Origin: Epithemia pelagica
Lineage: Eukaryota; Protista; Bacillariophyta
Length of the DNA stretch: 64,000 nt
Assembly (NCBI GenBank): GCA_946965045.2
Contig: OX337228.1
Location: forward strand, 1,984,001 to 2,048,000
Direction of reading: 5' to 3'
The stretch's first letter is position 1. Every line of letters begins with the position of its first letter. Of this stretch, positions 52,021-63,766 are shown piece by piece. The translations under genes were made by a program, and so were the position numbers. The notes below the pieces were generated by a model. The model searched no databases and was not told the origin of the DNA. It saw only the letters and a list, made by a program, of their open reading frames with translations.

Positions 52021-53085
52021 TCAAAGTACATAGTGGTAGAATTTTTTCTTTGTTTCTCCGTCCTTGTCGTAGAAATTCTTCGTCATGAAACCTTTCTCGT
52101 CGTCTTTCACAAATTCTTTAATTTCTTCCTTGGTGACCCATGCAAAATCTTTCAAGGCGATACTTCCGTCATCCGAAACGTCCCCCGAATAATGCACAAA
52201 TTTCATGAAAAAAGTCTTGGTGCCACAGATTCCAGTTTTTTCCTGTTCTTCGTTAGGATATGTATGCAAATCAACAGCCATTGGACCATTTCCCGGACAC
52301 CAATAAACCAAATCCTTTCCAACACGTTCATCAATGGCTCTTCGTCCCGCCGTGAGGAGAGATTCTTCTGCTCCAAGAGGTATCGTTGGTAGGTGCCATT
52401 GAGTTTGTTCTCCTTCTTTGACAAACAGAAAAACACTTTCCGTGAGCTTTCTGTCAATTGTACTAAGATTGCCACTCAAGTCTGCTTCAGTTATTCGTGA
52501 TGGCGGGTGGACGTATCCAGGTGGGAACATCCCCTCTAGAATTCGTTTCCTTCTCTCCTCCTCAGTTCCATCGAAAATTTCCTCAAGGAGGAGCTCTTTT
52601 GGGTAAGCAGGTTTTCTAACCTGCCGAAGATGGTCCCTCAGTTCATCGAAATCTTTTTCCCATTGCGGTTTTTCAGGGAGAAGTATGTTATATCGTTGCA
52701 GGATGACGGCAACTTCGATTTTCCAATCTAACCCATTCTTACGAGCATAATGATCCATGTTTATTTCATTCATCTTCTTCTTCAAAAAGAATTCACGAAA
52801 GATAGCACGTTTCTCTCCTCTCACTTTCCCCTCGCGACGAAACTTGACACGCTCCTTCCGCTCTCGTCTCTGCCTCAGTATTTCACGACGACGCTCCTTT
52901 TTCTCCGCCTTCTTGGCATAGTAGGAGCCTGGAACGAACGACACCGAGGAGAGTAGCCGGGTATGGTGGTTAAGACCATTTTGTGGGAGCAAATAATTCT
53001 GATTCATCATATGTTGACCCGTTGAGAAAACCGATGGCATGCGCCCAATCGCACGGGTTGCAAATATGCATAGAGCAGCGCTCAT
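52021..53085 (-). CDS. MRPL46: Mitochondrial ribosomal protein mL46
   Basis: Basic mitochondrial-type presequence from ATG 53085. SRITEADLSGNLSTIDRKL..VFLFVK, WHLP, KTFFMK, DFAWVTKEE (Nudix-like fold of mL46). Confidence 0.8.
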   Translation of the reverse strand: MSAALCIFATRAIGRMPSVFSTGQHMMNQNYLLPQNGLNHHTRLLSSVSFVPGSYYAKKAEKKERRREILRQRRERKERVKFRREGKVRGEKRAIFREFFLKKKMNEINMDHYARKNGLDWKIEVAVILQRYNILLPEKPQWEKDFDELRDHLRQVRKPAYPKELLLEEIFDGTEEERRKRILEGMFPPGYVHPPSRITEADLSGNLSTIDRKLTESVFLFVKEGEQTQWHLPTIPLGAEESLLTAGRRAIDERVGKDLVYWCPGNGPMAVDLHTYPNEEQEKTGICGTKTFFMKFVHYSGDVSDDGSIALKDFAWVTKEEIKEFVKDDEKGFMTKNFYDKDGETKKKFYHYVL

Positions 53086-53407
53086 GGTTGACTTCGAAGA
53101 CTTTTTCGATGGATACCAAAAATAGACAGGCAACAAAGAACAACGGAGCCCAAAGATCCAAAATGTACGGTTCTGCGACAAGAATTCCGGTTTATGATCC
53201 GCACGTCCGACGCCCGGACGCCCCGCGGCAGGCACCCCATTCTAACTCGCGGATAAGTCGCATGAACTACATCGGCCGTTGGGGTTGGCGGACTACCAAA
53301 GTCGCATTGCGGTGTTGCAAGTTGCAAGCGTTGATAAAAGAGCCACAGAGGGTTGAATCGAGAAGAGACAAACAAGAGAGACAATAATAAAACAATAGAA
53401 TTCAACA

Positions 53408-54257
53408 ATGTCAGAAGTTCCTCCGACGCGAATGAATCAACAAGTATTCAAGGTCAAGAAAAAGGCCGCTCAAGGAGGACACAAGTTGCTGAAAAAGAAG
53501 GCAGACGCTCTCAAGGTGAGCATTGGTTCCAAAAATCTCCCACCCATCATGCAGCTCTCTGTAGGGTCTGTGCAGTTGGGTATTGGATGGTTGTCTCACG
53601 TTGACTTTTTCCCAGGTAAAATTTCGTGACTATGCGAAGTCAATTGCTGAAACCAAATCAAGCATGGCTGCAGATGCCGCAGCCGCTTACTTCAGTTTGA
53701 CACAAGCGGAGTATGCCGCAGGAAACTTCAAACAGAAAGTTGCTGAAGGGTCCATGACAGCTCGCGTACGCGTCGGAGCTGGTGTAGACAATGTGGCTGG
53801 TGTGAAGCTCCCTGTTTTCACTAAATTTGAGACTGGCGCAGCCGCAGACAACCAGAGTTTAGGTCTTGTTGGCGGTGGAAAGAAAATTGTGGCCGTTCGC
53901 GAAAAATTCACTGTTATGCTTGATCTTTTGATCAAACTTGCTTCGCTTCAAACCTCGTTTCAAACACTTGATGAAGCCTTAAAGGTGACGAATCGCCGTG
54001 CGAACGCCTTGGAAAATGTTACCATTCCACGCATTGAAGGCATCTTGTCTTACATCGGTCGTGAGCTTGATGAATTAGAACGTGAAGACTTCACCCGTCT
54101 GAAACTCGTACAAAGTAAAAAGGAAGACGAAATCAAGGAGGAGGCCAATAAGAAAAAAGCCGAGATCATGGCAGGGAAAAAATCTGCAGGGAAAGAGAAT
54201 GAGGAGGATATCACGGCAAAGTTCGATGCAACGGACGATGAGGATGTTGTTTTCTAA
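53408..54257 (+). CDS. ATP6V1D: V-type proton ATPase subunit D; exons 53408-53515, 53616-54257
   Basis: PTRMNQQVFK..AAQGGHKLLKKKADAL, NVAGVKLP, LASLQTSF..LDEALKVTNRRANALENVTIP, ELDELEREDFTRLK. Confidence 0.95.
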
Positions 54258-54540
54258 AGAACCATTATGCTTTACAATTGCTGAATTGTTTAGTAATGTG
54301 CGCGAGTATGGCAGTGAGAAGTCAACGAACACAACGCCTTTCCTTTCATGTTGTGTGATGCATGTTCAATGTTCAATCCGCGCTACTGAGTTTCTCCATT
54401 CTCCACGGCCGCTGTGGACCTTCATAAAGCGTAGTTGAACTTGACTATTTACAGTTCCTCTATCTTTGAGGTCCTATGATTCTTCACTTCATGCCCAATT
54501 TCGGGGTCTTTTCCATAGTGACATCTTCGTCCTGATGTTT

Positions 54541-55632
54541 TTAGGGATCTATGGTTTGGGTGGCAGCAGTTGATCTATCCGTTGTATCTTGTTGCTCGTT
54601 AGAATGAGTCTCTGCCTCATATTCAGCTGCATCGTTTGATTCGGTCAATTGAACGTCATGGACCATTCTCCCATGGTCCTCTTTATTGGAAACGGCAACA
54701 GCGTCCTTGTCGATTCTACGCCTTCGTCGCTTTCGACGTGTCCCTAGAGGGTCCGGCAATGGTTCACTTCGTTCTGTTCCATCTGGATTGAGTAAGCCCT
54801 TTTGTTTTAGTTTCCGACGTCTTCTGGACTCAATCAATCTTCGTTCATAGGCTTCGTCCAGTTCAGGGGGTCGTGGAGGAAACTGCACCGTGGTATATCT
54901 TGATATCTCTCGTTCCAAGTCGTTGCGGTCCTCCGGACGGGCATGAATCCAAGGACCTGTCCCCTCCACTCTTTCGAATTTTCGTGACGGCCGGAATGCC
55001 CCTGTTGCGCGATATTCGAGATGCTGGAGCTCGTATTCTTTTCTAGCCTCTTCAGAAAAATTTGTGTAGAACTCACGGTCCGCATCAGATAAACCAATGC
55101 GCCATATTTTGCTGATCTCCTGAACAACAGCGGTTTGGTTGTGGGGTACATTTGGGCGATCATGTCTAATTTTGGCAGTCATCTGACAAACGAAGACGAC
55201 ATATCCTGCGGAAGGCGGTTCGGGAGGAGCCTCTGGAGCATCTCGATCACGGAAAATTCGGCGTCGGCGCTCACCAAAGACTCGAGGCTTGTCCCATCGA
55301 TCTTCACCGCGGCATTCAGGTTGTCGAGCTCGCATCCGTTGAATCATGTTTCTTTTGAGTTCCGCGATCTTATTCGTCTCATCGTCGTTCGTCCATACAA
55401 TGATATGGTCCGTGTTGGAATGGCCCGCAGTCGTCCCTGAGTTGACGTTGGACAATTCGGACACGACGGATTCTCCCACTTTCCCACAGATATCGGAAGC
55501 TTCTTCAAGGAGATCAGTGGCGGAGGAAATTTGTTCGTCACATTTGTCCAAGAGTTGCTGAATCTCAGTTTCCGAGGGGCTCGACACGGTGTAGTCCGTC
55601 ATCTGCTCTCTCGTTTTGATGACTTGCCTCAT
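54541..55632 (-). CDS. HMG-box domain protein
   Basis: PEPPSAGYVVFV..IRHDRPN..VVQEISKIWR..EFYTNFSEEARKEYE matches the HMG-box pattern. Basic NLS-like KRRRRR. Confidence 0.75.
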   Translation of the reverse strand: MRQVIKTREQMTDYTVSSPSETEIQQLLDKCDEQISSATDLLEEASDICGKVGESVVSELSNVNSGTTAGHSNTDHIIVWTNDDETNKIAELKRNMIQRMRARQPECRGEDRWDKPRVFGERRRRIFRDRDAPEAPPEPPSAGYVVFVCQMTAKIRHDRPNVPHNQTAVVQEISKIWRIGLSDADREFYTNFSEEARKEYELQHLEYRATGAFRPSRKFERVEGTGPWIHARPEDRNDLEREISRYTTVQFPPRPPELDEAYERRLIESRRRRKLKQKGLLNPDGTERSEPLPDPLGTRRKRRRRRIDKDAVAVSNKEDHGRMVHDVQLTESNDAAEYEAETHSNEQQDTTDRSTAATQTIDP

Positions 55633-56114
55633 GAAAGCTGCTCCGATGGTGTCATAGGGAGCGACAACAAATATAAACAATACGGTCTTCAGTTAGGAGG
55701 CATGGCCACGAGAATGAGATGATGAAAAAAAAAAACATTTCTTTCTGTGATAGGAGTGTAGAGGTGATAGCGTGAGGAAAGTGGTTAGGTGCCCGTAGTC
55801 TACCTCTCATAGCAAAGAGTCAGCTTTGAAATCCACTGTTTATCTCCAATCGTGAAGAAGAAGGGAAGGCAACAGGCAACGGCTAATCCGAGAAGCACTT
55901 TTCAGCACAGCAATTGAAACAACTTGTTGCGAAAAAATTCTAAATAAAGCAATATCTGAAAAGTAAAGTTTTACCTTTCTAGATCAATAGATGAGGCAAG
56001 AAAGGTCTCAAATCACTGATTTCGTGACACCGAGAGATGCCGTTCGAGACAATGAATAGACCCATGGTCAGGAACTTCTGCAATCGCAGTTTCTCGTTCG
56101 TCGACCATTAAATT

Positions 56115-56405
56115 TTACTTGACTTCCGCAGCTGCGGCTTTTTCTTGTTCTTTCATGGCTTTCTTTTTCAGAACTCGCTGTTTCCACGCAATGTACATAC
56201 ATTCTTCGTAGATATGACGCTCATGTGTACAACGGTCGGGGTTATAAGCAGTTTCACATCGACACTCGTCCAGAGGCAATAGCAGGTGTGCGCAAGTGTC
56301 ACGGTGACGGGGGAGAATCTGTCTTGCTTTGAGAAGCTCCAGATCTTGATCAAGTCTAGGCATGGCCTCAGGCGAATGCTTCTGATTGAAATCGATTTTC
56401 CCCAT
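56115..56405 (-). CDS. NDUFB7: NADH:ubiquinone oxidoreductase subunit B18
   Basis: Twin CX9C pattern: RDTCAHLLLPLDECR..CTHERHIYEECMY. Confidence 0.88.
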   Translation of the reverse strand: MGKIDFNQKHSPEAMPRLDQDLELLKARQILPRHRDTCAHLLLPLDECRCETAYNPDRCTHERHIYEECMYIAWKQRVLKKKAMKEQEKAAAAEVK

Positions 56406-56755
56406 GATGATGAGAGAATGAAGAATCCAGAGTGTCGGGCGAATTCAACACAGGTAAGATCAACAGCAACGAGTTCGATGATGTCTGACCCACGATAGCG
56501 GGCGATCTCGCGATCGTCTCTCTACCAACGTACCCGGATGTGGAGCAGCAGAGAGAGGGGACTTGATCAGTCCCGTCTGATGTTTTCCATGTTGGCACCA
56601 CAGAACCCCATCCACATGCAAAGTAACCTGACCTCTGACCTCCTTGTCGATCTGGATCACTAAAACGGAATCTACGAATCGATTTACACTTTGACGTGGT
56701 ACGCAATGACTTAATGATTATCGTGTTTTGGGGGCGGCGGCAGTAAGCTAACGAG

Positions 56756-57910
56756 ATGGCCAAGGCACCCACAAGTACAAATGCCTCTCAGTTCGCGGAA
56801 GTGGACAATATTGAAAATTTGTTCCTACAGACCTTGTTTCGAAGTGCCCTATCCAAGGCAAATATTTTTCTGAGAGAAACTTCCACTCGTCCACCTCGCA
56901 TAGTACGTGATTTCTGTGACGAGGCCAAGATCACGCCTGAGACTCCAGTGAAGTTTGCGGGTGCCTGCGGGTGGCAAAAACCAAGATATGTGCATATACG
57001 GCCCGGTCAGCCAGAAACGGGCGCTGTCGATCGCGTTGCTGCGGTGGCGCTTCAGAGTTTTTACGAACTATGGAGAGGTCAAAATGCAATGACTGACTGC
57101 AAGCTAGTCCAGCAACAGTTGGTTCCATTCGTGGACATATACTGTTCGTCATCCAAAGATGAAAACTCTCATCGTTTGATGGGAATTCCCCTTGCGGTCG
57201 TTTTGATCGAGTTTCTAAACGCTACAGGAGATTTCCACAATGCAACGGAACTTGCTGGTGAAGTGCTACACCATTTTGGATCATTTACCTGTAGCATCAG
57301 TGCTGATCGATTCACTGTCGCCCAGAAGGAATGTGATGATCTCGCGAGATTACTTTTTGTTTCGTTGTTACCTCTTGCGTTGACTTCTTCACAGGTGGAG
57401 GAGTTCTTGAGCCGTTTTGAGCAACCTGACTGGATTGCTGTAGGATCTCAGCTGGAATCTTCGCGGGATTTACAGGGTGGTTCCATCTCTGTAATTGTAA
57501 CGTTTCTGAAGGAAAAGCAAGATCAACCTTCAGTCGTTCCATGGACATCTCTAGACCACTCTCACAAACGACTACTTTCTTTGCAGTCGAAGGTAGGGGA
57601 GAAGGCGGTGTTAGAGGCGTCTCCCAGAGAAGTGATGGACGAGAATTCATGTACGTCGTCAACAATTGGTCCCCTGTCGGAGAAACATGTCAATAGCAAG
57701 CTGTTCCGGTTGTACACGAGAACTCGCCATTACATTGAACATATCGTTACCAATGGAAATCGGGTGCAACGAACTACAGCTGCATTAGTAAGTCTATTGG
57801 TAATCATTGCATGGCGAAGGAGACGCTGTTTGTCAATCTCAGCCAGACAAGCGATAAAATTCATCCTTCAACCAATTCAAGAGATTGTTCAAGCTTTCAT
57901 TCCTCAGTAA
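56756..57910 (+). CDS. Hypothetical tail-anchored protein
   Basis: 384-aa ORF divergent from NDUFB7. C-terminal TM segment (AALVSLLVIIAW) followed by RRRR. Confidence 0.6.
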   Translation: MAKAPTSTNASQFAEVDNIENLFLQTLFRSALSKANIFLRETSTRPPRIVRDFCDEAKITPETPVKFAGACGWQKPRYVHIRPGQPETGAVDRVAAVALQSFYELWRGQNAMTDCKLVQQQLVPFVDIYCSSSKDENSHRLMGIPLAVVLIEFLNATGDFHNATELAGEVLHHFGSFTCSISADRFTVAQKECDDLARLLFVSLLPLALTSSQVEEFLSRFEQPDWIAVGSQLESSRDLQGGSISVIVTFLKEKQDQPSVVPWTSLDHSHKRLLSLQSKVGEKAVLEASPREVMDENSCTSSTIGPLSEKHVNSKLFRLYTRTRHYIEHIVTNGNRVQRTTAALVSLLVIIAWRRRRCLSISARQAIKFILQPIQEIVQAFIPQ

Positions 57911-57979
57911 ACAAAGTGATATAGGCATTGATGAAAAAAGGACATACAGTACGTAGTCAGAAAGCTTCCCTATTTCTGC

Positions 57980-59167
57980 CTAGCGGAAAACTGAGTCCAA
58001 TGGGTCCTCCGGGACAACCAGGTCTTCTTTCCGCTCCTTCAACCTGTCTCGAGCACGTTTCCGATCAATGTATGCCGTTCCCTTTTTACGCTTCTCCATG
58101 GCCCTAATGGTGTTGGGGGAAATGAATGAGGCGCTTTGGAAAAGAGTCGGTCCACCAAAGGATCCTTTGAAAATCCGAATTGGGTTCAAGACAAATCTGG
58201 GACCTATTTCCACTAAGGATGTGGAGTTGGCGAGATCTTCTTCCTTTTTTGCAGATGCGTGCTGCTCCATGATCTGATAGTTGCGAACCCATATCTGTTA
58301 ATCAGAAAGACGGGCACATTACGTGAGCCAAAGACAGTGATTGGGAAGAGGACTGTTTGCTGTAGAACCAAGAAACCCATGTCTCATTCCATCGTAGTCA
58401 ATTTGATGTATTTATTCTCATTGGTGACCTCCGACATACGCTCATCATTTTATAATCAACGACTGGGAGACGTTCTTAGTCTTTGTGTAACTTACCCTAT
58501 CGTCGGCAAAGTAAAATGACATTACCCGGTCGACAAAAGGTTTCACCTTGGGGTGTCCTCGGGGCACACCAAAGATATCGATAAATAATCCTTTTAACAG
58601 CTTCAAATGATCTAAGCGGTTGAAACTCTCATCAAAAGATAGGATCGGTCGGCTTCCCTTGAGGCAGTTTCCGGTGAGTCGAAGTTCGTCCATTGTATGT
58701 ATGTTGCTCACCAAGAACTTGACACTTGGGCCAAAGCTAGTCCCATTCGATCGACTCAGCCACATATAACAGTCTTGTTTTTTCCGACACTCCAAAAACA
58801 AGAAAGAGTTACAACTGCGAAGCATGGCAACATCCGTGACGGCACGACCAATACCCTCGCTACCAGCGTCGAGCTTTGATTCTTTCTTGTGATGTGGCAT
58901 TAAAGTTCTGAGATCCTGCAGTAGATGGCGATATCTCGCTGTCACTCCCCTAGAGCATACAACTAAACAGCGCTGCTTGTTTCGGTATTTTCCATCGCTG
59001 ATGAATTGGTCTCCACCCGATTCGGTGCTTTCGGATGCCTTTTGTGAATGCCCTTCTTCCGCATCAATTTTCGATCTCTTTCCATTAATGGATGACTGGG
59101 CGGCAGCCTGATCATCATCTGATGCCATACGCACATTACTGGTAGCTTTCCGTTTCGATCCTTTCAT
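57980..59167 (-). CDS. BRX1: Ribosome biogenesis protein BRX1 (Brix domain); exons 59167-58496, 58294-57980
   Basis: KQRCLVVCSRG..RHLLQDL..PHHKKESKLD, GPSVKF..NIHTMDEL..TGNCLKGSRPILSFD, KPFVDRV, spliced DR-IWVRNYQI, LVEIGPRFVLNPIRIF. Confidence 0.93.
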
Positions 59168-60287
59168 TTCTGTGGACGGCAATATTTCATAGTGAGATTG
59201 AATCTTTCTCAACAAAATCTACGAACAAAGATTTGGATGGTTGGTTGGTTGGAAAAATAGACAACGGCTTGCGGACAGACTTCGGAATTTTCGGGATTGA
59301 CGCACGCGAGACACGAGTGGGCGACTTTTTCGTGTCTTTGCAACGTCCCAAGTCGGACAAACCCAATAAGAATGTAAGGTCTAATGTCCTTTCCTCCAAG
59401 TCCAAGTTTCCCCATGCGAATTACCAGTTCCACTGATAGATTTACTATAGCAAAAACTGTGATAATTTTCTTATAGGACTTTCGACTGTATACTAATGTG
59501 TACCCTCGTTGTTTGACTGCACGAAAGAACGGCCCAAACAGCGTTTGTTCGATTGATTCCTTGGAGCGTCAAAACACTCGAGATATCCAAGCCGTTGTTA
59601 GGAGCAACAGCAAGATATATGGCTCCGAATGAAACAGACCGGTCTGATAATGCAATGAGCTCCTCTCCTACACCAAATGCTCCTGGAGCCGGAAAGAAAG
59701 CCGTACATGTCAAGGTAAGCATCTGCTGCATTTCTAAATACGTTTGCTGTATGCGTGTTGCTACCAAGGCCATGTACAAAAATGGTGGTATACTTTACGA
59801 ATATTGCAGCAATGAACAAATCCAGATGATGCGCTTCTGCTCCGATTTCGTGAATGATGGACTTATTTTAATTTGATTGTGGGAGATTGAAACATGGTCA
59901 CTGTGACTATCATAGTCATAGTGACTTGGTCATTGACTGCAAGAAAGGTTCAGAAAGCAAGGGAGAAGCTGAAAGCACACGAAAAAACAGAGGCAACGTC
60001 AAGGGCCCAACATGAAGTCGAAGACCTTCCTTCTTCTTATCATACATGTGCGCAACTCCCACCACGCACCACACACAATCAATAAAATCGGAAGCTCGGA
60101 AGACGGACCGGCGTGTCAGTTACTATAGCCCCAGAGCCAACTTTGTTGGGCTTATTATTGCCCCAACCAGACGTGCCCCATGCCACCAAATGTCCGGCTT
60201 GTGTTCTGGTCTTGTTTTTGCCAGGTGCCCTTCCTTTTCTCATTTTTTGTTTTGTTGACTCTTTAGTGGGCCGGGAAAACAATAGCT

Positions 60288-61640
60288 TTGGGAACGTTTC
60301 CTTCAGCAGAAGCCGACGAAAAATGCCAGAAAGCAAAAGCTTTGACTCGTGCGTGGAGGTCTACAATGAGGCCAAAGCCCAGTCGTGAATGGGTGATGGT
60401 CGAGCTTGAGAGGCTCGGTGTCAGAGTCGTCAGCGGGCGGCTGGGACGAAAAGCTGGAGAAGAAGGCGATGAACCGCCCCCAGCACAGGACAAGCCCAAA
60501 CCCCTCCCTGGATCTAATGACACTCATTCTGGGGGAAATATCATGGCACAGCCTGGGATGGAAAGATCGTCAAGTCTCGGCTGGGGAAGCGAAGCGGATC
60601 TACAAACTCTTATGGCAAGACGAAACTCCTCGCTTGGTTTATCCATGATGGGCGAAACATTGGCCAGAAGAGGATCGCTGAGTTCCCTTGGTCAAGTGAT
60701 GGGTCTTGAGGGTGACCCCACCATACCGCCGCATCGTCCGTTTGTTGGGGGTGGAGCTGCTGCGGCCTATGAAGCCGCGCGGCACGATCATTTTCAACAA
60801 AAGAGTGCAGAGCAACAACGCAGAGCGTCCAGTCTGGGACTTGGGAGCTTGGCAGGCGGTGGATTGGGCATGTCGGTAAACCCAAACCAGTAAGTTGAAT
60901 CGATGCAACATTTTTGTTTATCTTACGGTATTCCCAACCTAATGAAAATGAAACCATGCAGACACTATGAAATGCTCAAGCTACATCACATGAATCTTCT
61001 CAACGAGATTCAAGAAACGACACTTATGATGAACCTTTATCAGCAGCAACAACTTCAACAACAGCAACAACAATTGCAACAGCAAGCATCAGCGGAACAA
61101 TTGGGTGCAAATGCAGGCAGTGCAGATACGCAGCTGTCAATGCTCATGCAGCAACAGAATGGAGTTGGTACTCAAGCAATAGATGGAATGTTTGCCAATA
61201 GCCAAATGGGACAGCATCGGGCATCCCTTGGACTCGGTGCAGCCTCGCAGATTAGTGGCTTTGCAGGTTCTGGAGCACTGGCGAGCACTGTTCGAAATGG
61301 CCATGCTGGAACATTGTCTGGAGGGCTCCCGGGGCAACTTCAGTCCTCTGTTCAGAGTGCTGTGCTCGGCCAAGGAAACAGTGGATCCCGGGAGAATGGC
61401 GGAGGCGACGACGCCTCCAGCCAACCAGTACCCCCGGCAGTAGGGAGTGACGGTGGAACTCAATCAAGTCCAGCAGCCTCCGGCTCCGGAAACAAAACTG
61501 GGGCAAACAGCACAGAAGGTAAAGAGAAAAAACGCGGCAAAGCAAGTGGAGAGGAGGCCTCGGAGCGAAAATACCCGAAGAGAACAAAGAACGAAGATTC
61601 GCCAAAAGCTACTGATAATTCTGCATCCAAATATTCATGA
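60288..61640 (+). CDS. Gln/Gly-rich putative regulatory protein; exons about 60288-60889 and 60962-61640, 5' exons unresolved
   Basis: Intron GTAAGT..GCAG joins NPNQ-HYEMLKLHHMNLLNEIQETTLMMNLYQQQQ. The frame opens after an AG at LGTFPS, which implies upstream exons. Confidence 0.6.
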
Positions 61641-61767
61641 AACAAGAGGAATGAATATACCTGTAATCTTTAAATTAATCATTCTGTTCAGAATACAAAT
61701 ATAGATTGAAACCTGATCGTGTGTATGTCTGCAACATTGTAGCCCATGTTGAAATTGGTCTCGTTCC

Positions 61768-61971
61768 TTAGAAAATGTTGACTAGGTCAATCCAGCTTGG
61801 CTTTGGCTCCGTCATCATGCCATATAGAATTACAGAGGGCGTCCAACCCCAGAACAGGATAAACTTGGTTTTCTGAAAGATGAAATGGACGTCCAGTGCC
61901 TTGAGAAAGGTGCTAGTGATCTGCGACACACTCAGCGCGTTCGAAGTTGCTCTTCTTCTCGGTACAGGCAT
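61768..61971 (-). CDS. TOM7: Mitochondrial import receptor subunit Tom7
   Basis: 67 aa from ATG 61971. KTKFILFWGWTPSVILYGMMTEPKPSWIDLV matches the Tom7 TM/Pro pattern. Confidence 0.75.
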   Translation of the reverse strand: MPVPRRRATSNALSVSQITSTFLKALDVHFIFQKTKFILFWGWTPSVILYGMMTEPKPSWIDLVNIF

Positions 61972-62203
61972 GCTTGTAGTTTGGGAGAGAAAGGCGCAAA
62001 GTGAAACAAGGGATTCTATCAATCGACAAGTCCAATGGGTATTGGATATCCGCGGTTGGACAGGATGAATGAAAAGGTTTGGTTGGTGGTTCTGCTCCGC
62101 CCCGCTGCGCAAAAAGTGGGCCGCCGGGCAGACCTTTCGGCGACCCAAAAACGAAACGACAATAGGGCAGAATAGGGCGCGTCCATAAGATGTTGTCTGC
62201 ACA

Positions 62204-63766
62204 ATGAGGTCGGACGACTCCACGTCCTCCGTAGCGGCTCCGTCGTCACGCCAGGAACGCAACGGTAGGGATGACTCACGGCGTCATTCGCATCGCGACA
62301 GGGATTTTTCCTTTTCCAGAAGTCCTTCCAGAGTGAGGTACAAGAGAAACGTGCGAGATCGTTCATGGGATTCAGGTAGTGATCCGGGTAGTCCAAGGGA
62401 CGGCAGAAGAAACAAAAGAAGGCGGAAAGAAGATCAAGAAACGAACAGAGACCACAGGGATCCTCGGCGTGGATCGAGGCGAAGGAGACGACGTCGTCGA
62501 AGAAGAGGAAGAGAGTCGTCCCGACATCGTGACACTGATTCAATTGTTGAGGAGAATCGACGAGGGGGTGTCGAAGCTTTGGCATCGGAAAAGACAACGA
62601 CGGGGATTGTTAGCGATGACGAAGACTATGCTAACGTTGGTGGGGTAGAACCAAAGTCAAGAACCAAAGCATCTCCAGGAGTAGTCGCTAACAAAGTCCG
62701 ATCGCCCTCGAGTCATGATGATTTGGTGGGGCATTTCCAAGGAGGTCCTGGCACGGTAATTGCGGACCGCTATCGATTTCTTCGAGAGGTAGGGATGGGG
62801 ACGTTTGGAAGGGTTGTCGATTGCCTTGATCTTAGCAGCCAGCGCCATCGTCGCGGAAGTGGACAAAAGGATGCGTATGTTGCTATCAAGATCGTTAGGA
62901 ACGTGAAGCGATACTGTGAATCAGCCAAAATTGAGGCCAATATTGTTGGACAAATAAACCGTAGGGGTGGGAGAGGCAGAAGTCACTGTGTCGTTTTACA
63001 TGACGCTTTCAATTACAAGGGTCACTTCTGCCTGGTCTTTGAGAGCCTTGGGCCATCTCTTTACGATTTTATGAAACGACATGACTACCGCCCATTCCCA
63101 ATGATCTGTATACAAGATTTCACAGTCCAGTTGCTGGAGGCAATTGAATTTCTTCATAGCTTTGGTCTCGTACATACCGACCTAAAAATTGAGAATATTC
63201 TTCTCATCAGCAGTCGAGAAATTACATATCGCCGTCAACGAGTTCCAGAGTCGACAAGGATCAAACTCATTGATTTCGGTGGAGCTTGTTACGATGATTC
63301 AAAAAAGAGCTCGGTCATTAATACCAGACAATATAGGGCACCAGAGGTGATCCTCGAAGCTGGATGGTCAATGCCCTCTGACATGTGGTCTTTGGGTTGT
63401 ATTTTGGCTGAGTTATACAAAGGTGAACTACTTTTTGCCACCCATGAAAATATCGAACATCTCGCGTTAATCGAGAGAGTTCTTGGGCCTTTTCCAAGAC
63501 GCCTATTAAGCAGGGCAACAAAATTTGTGGATGAAGCGTTTGATTCTGACGGATGGCACCGTATGGGACGGATCTTGTCAGGAGAAAGCTTATCTTTCGT
63601 GAGAAACTCACCCACACTCCAGTCCATAATCAGAAATCCAGATGATGACTGGTTGCTAAGATTACTTTCAGAAGTATTGAGGATTGAACCAGAGCAGAGA
63701 TGGACCGCTCATGAATGTCTCAGATTCCTATCTCGCATTAAGAGAGACGTTGTGTGCTGTGCATGA
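62204..63766 (+). CDS. LAMMER/CLK-family dual-specificity protein kinase with RS-rich N-terminus
   Basis: GMGTFGRV, VAIKIVR, HTDLKIENILL, IDFGGA, TRQYRAPEV, EHLALIERVLG (LAMMER-motif variant). Confidence 0.92.
   Translation: MRSDDSTSSVAAPSSRQERNGRDDSRRHSHRDRDFSFSRSPSRVRYKRNVRDRSWDSGSDPGSPRDGRRNKRRRKEDQETNRDHRDPRRGSRRRRRRRRRRGRESSRHRDTDSIVEENRRGGVEALASEKTTTGIVSDDEDYANVGGVEPKSRTKASPGVVANKVRSPSSHDDLVGHFQGGPGTVIADRYRFLREVGMGTFGRVVDCLDLSSQRHRRGSGQKDAYVAIKIVRNVKRYCESAKIEANIVGQINRRGGRGRSHCVVLHDAFNYKGHFCLVFESLGPSLYDFMKRHDYRPFPMICIQDFTVQLLEAIEFLHSFGLVHTDLKIENILLISSREITYRRQRVPESTRIKLIDFGGACYDDSKKSSVINTRQYRAPEVILEAGWSMPSDMWSLGCILAELYKGELLFATHENIEHLALIERVLGPFPRRLLSRATKFVDEAFDSDGWHRMGRILSGESLSFVRNSPTLQSIIRNPDDDWLLRLLSEVLRIEPEQRWTAHECLRFLSRIKRDVVCCA

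Noticed and set aside
63440-63500. EHLALIERVLG as a novel kinase subfamily
   Set aside because: Ordinary divergence of the EHLAMMERILG motif; all other features fit CLK/LAMMER kinases.
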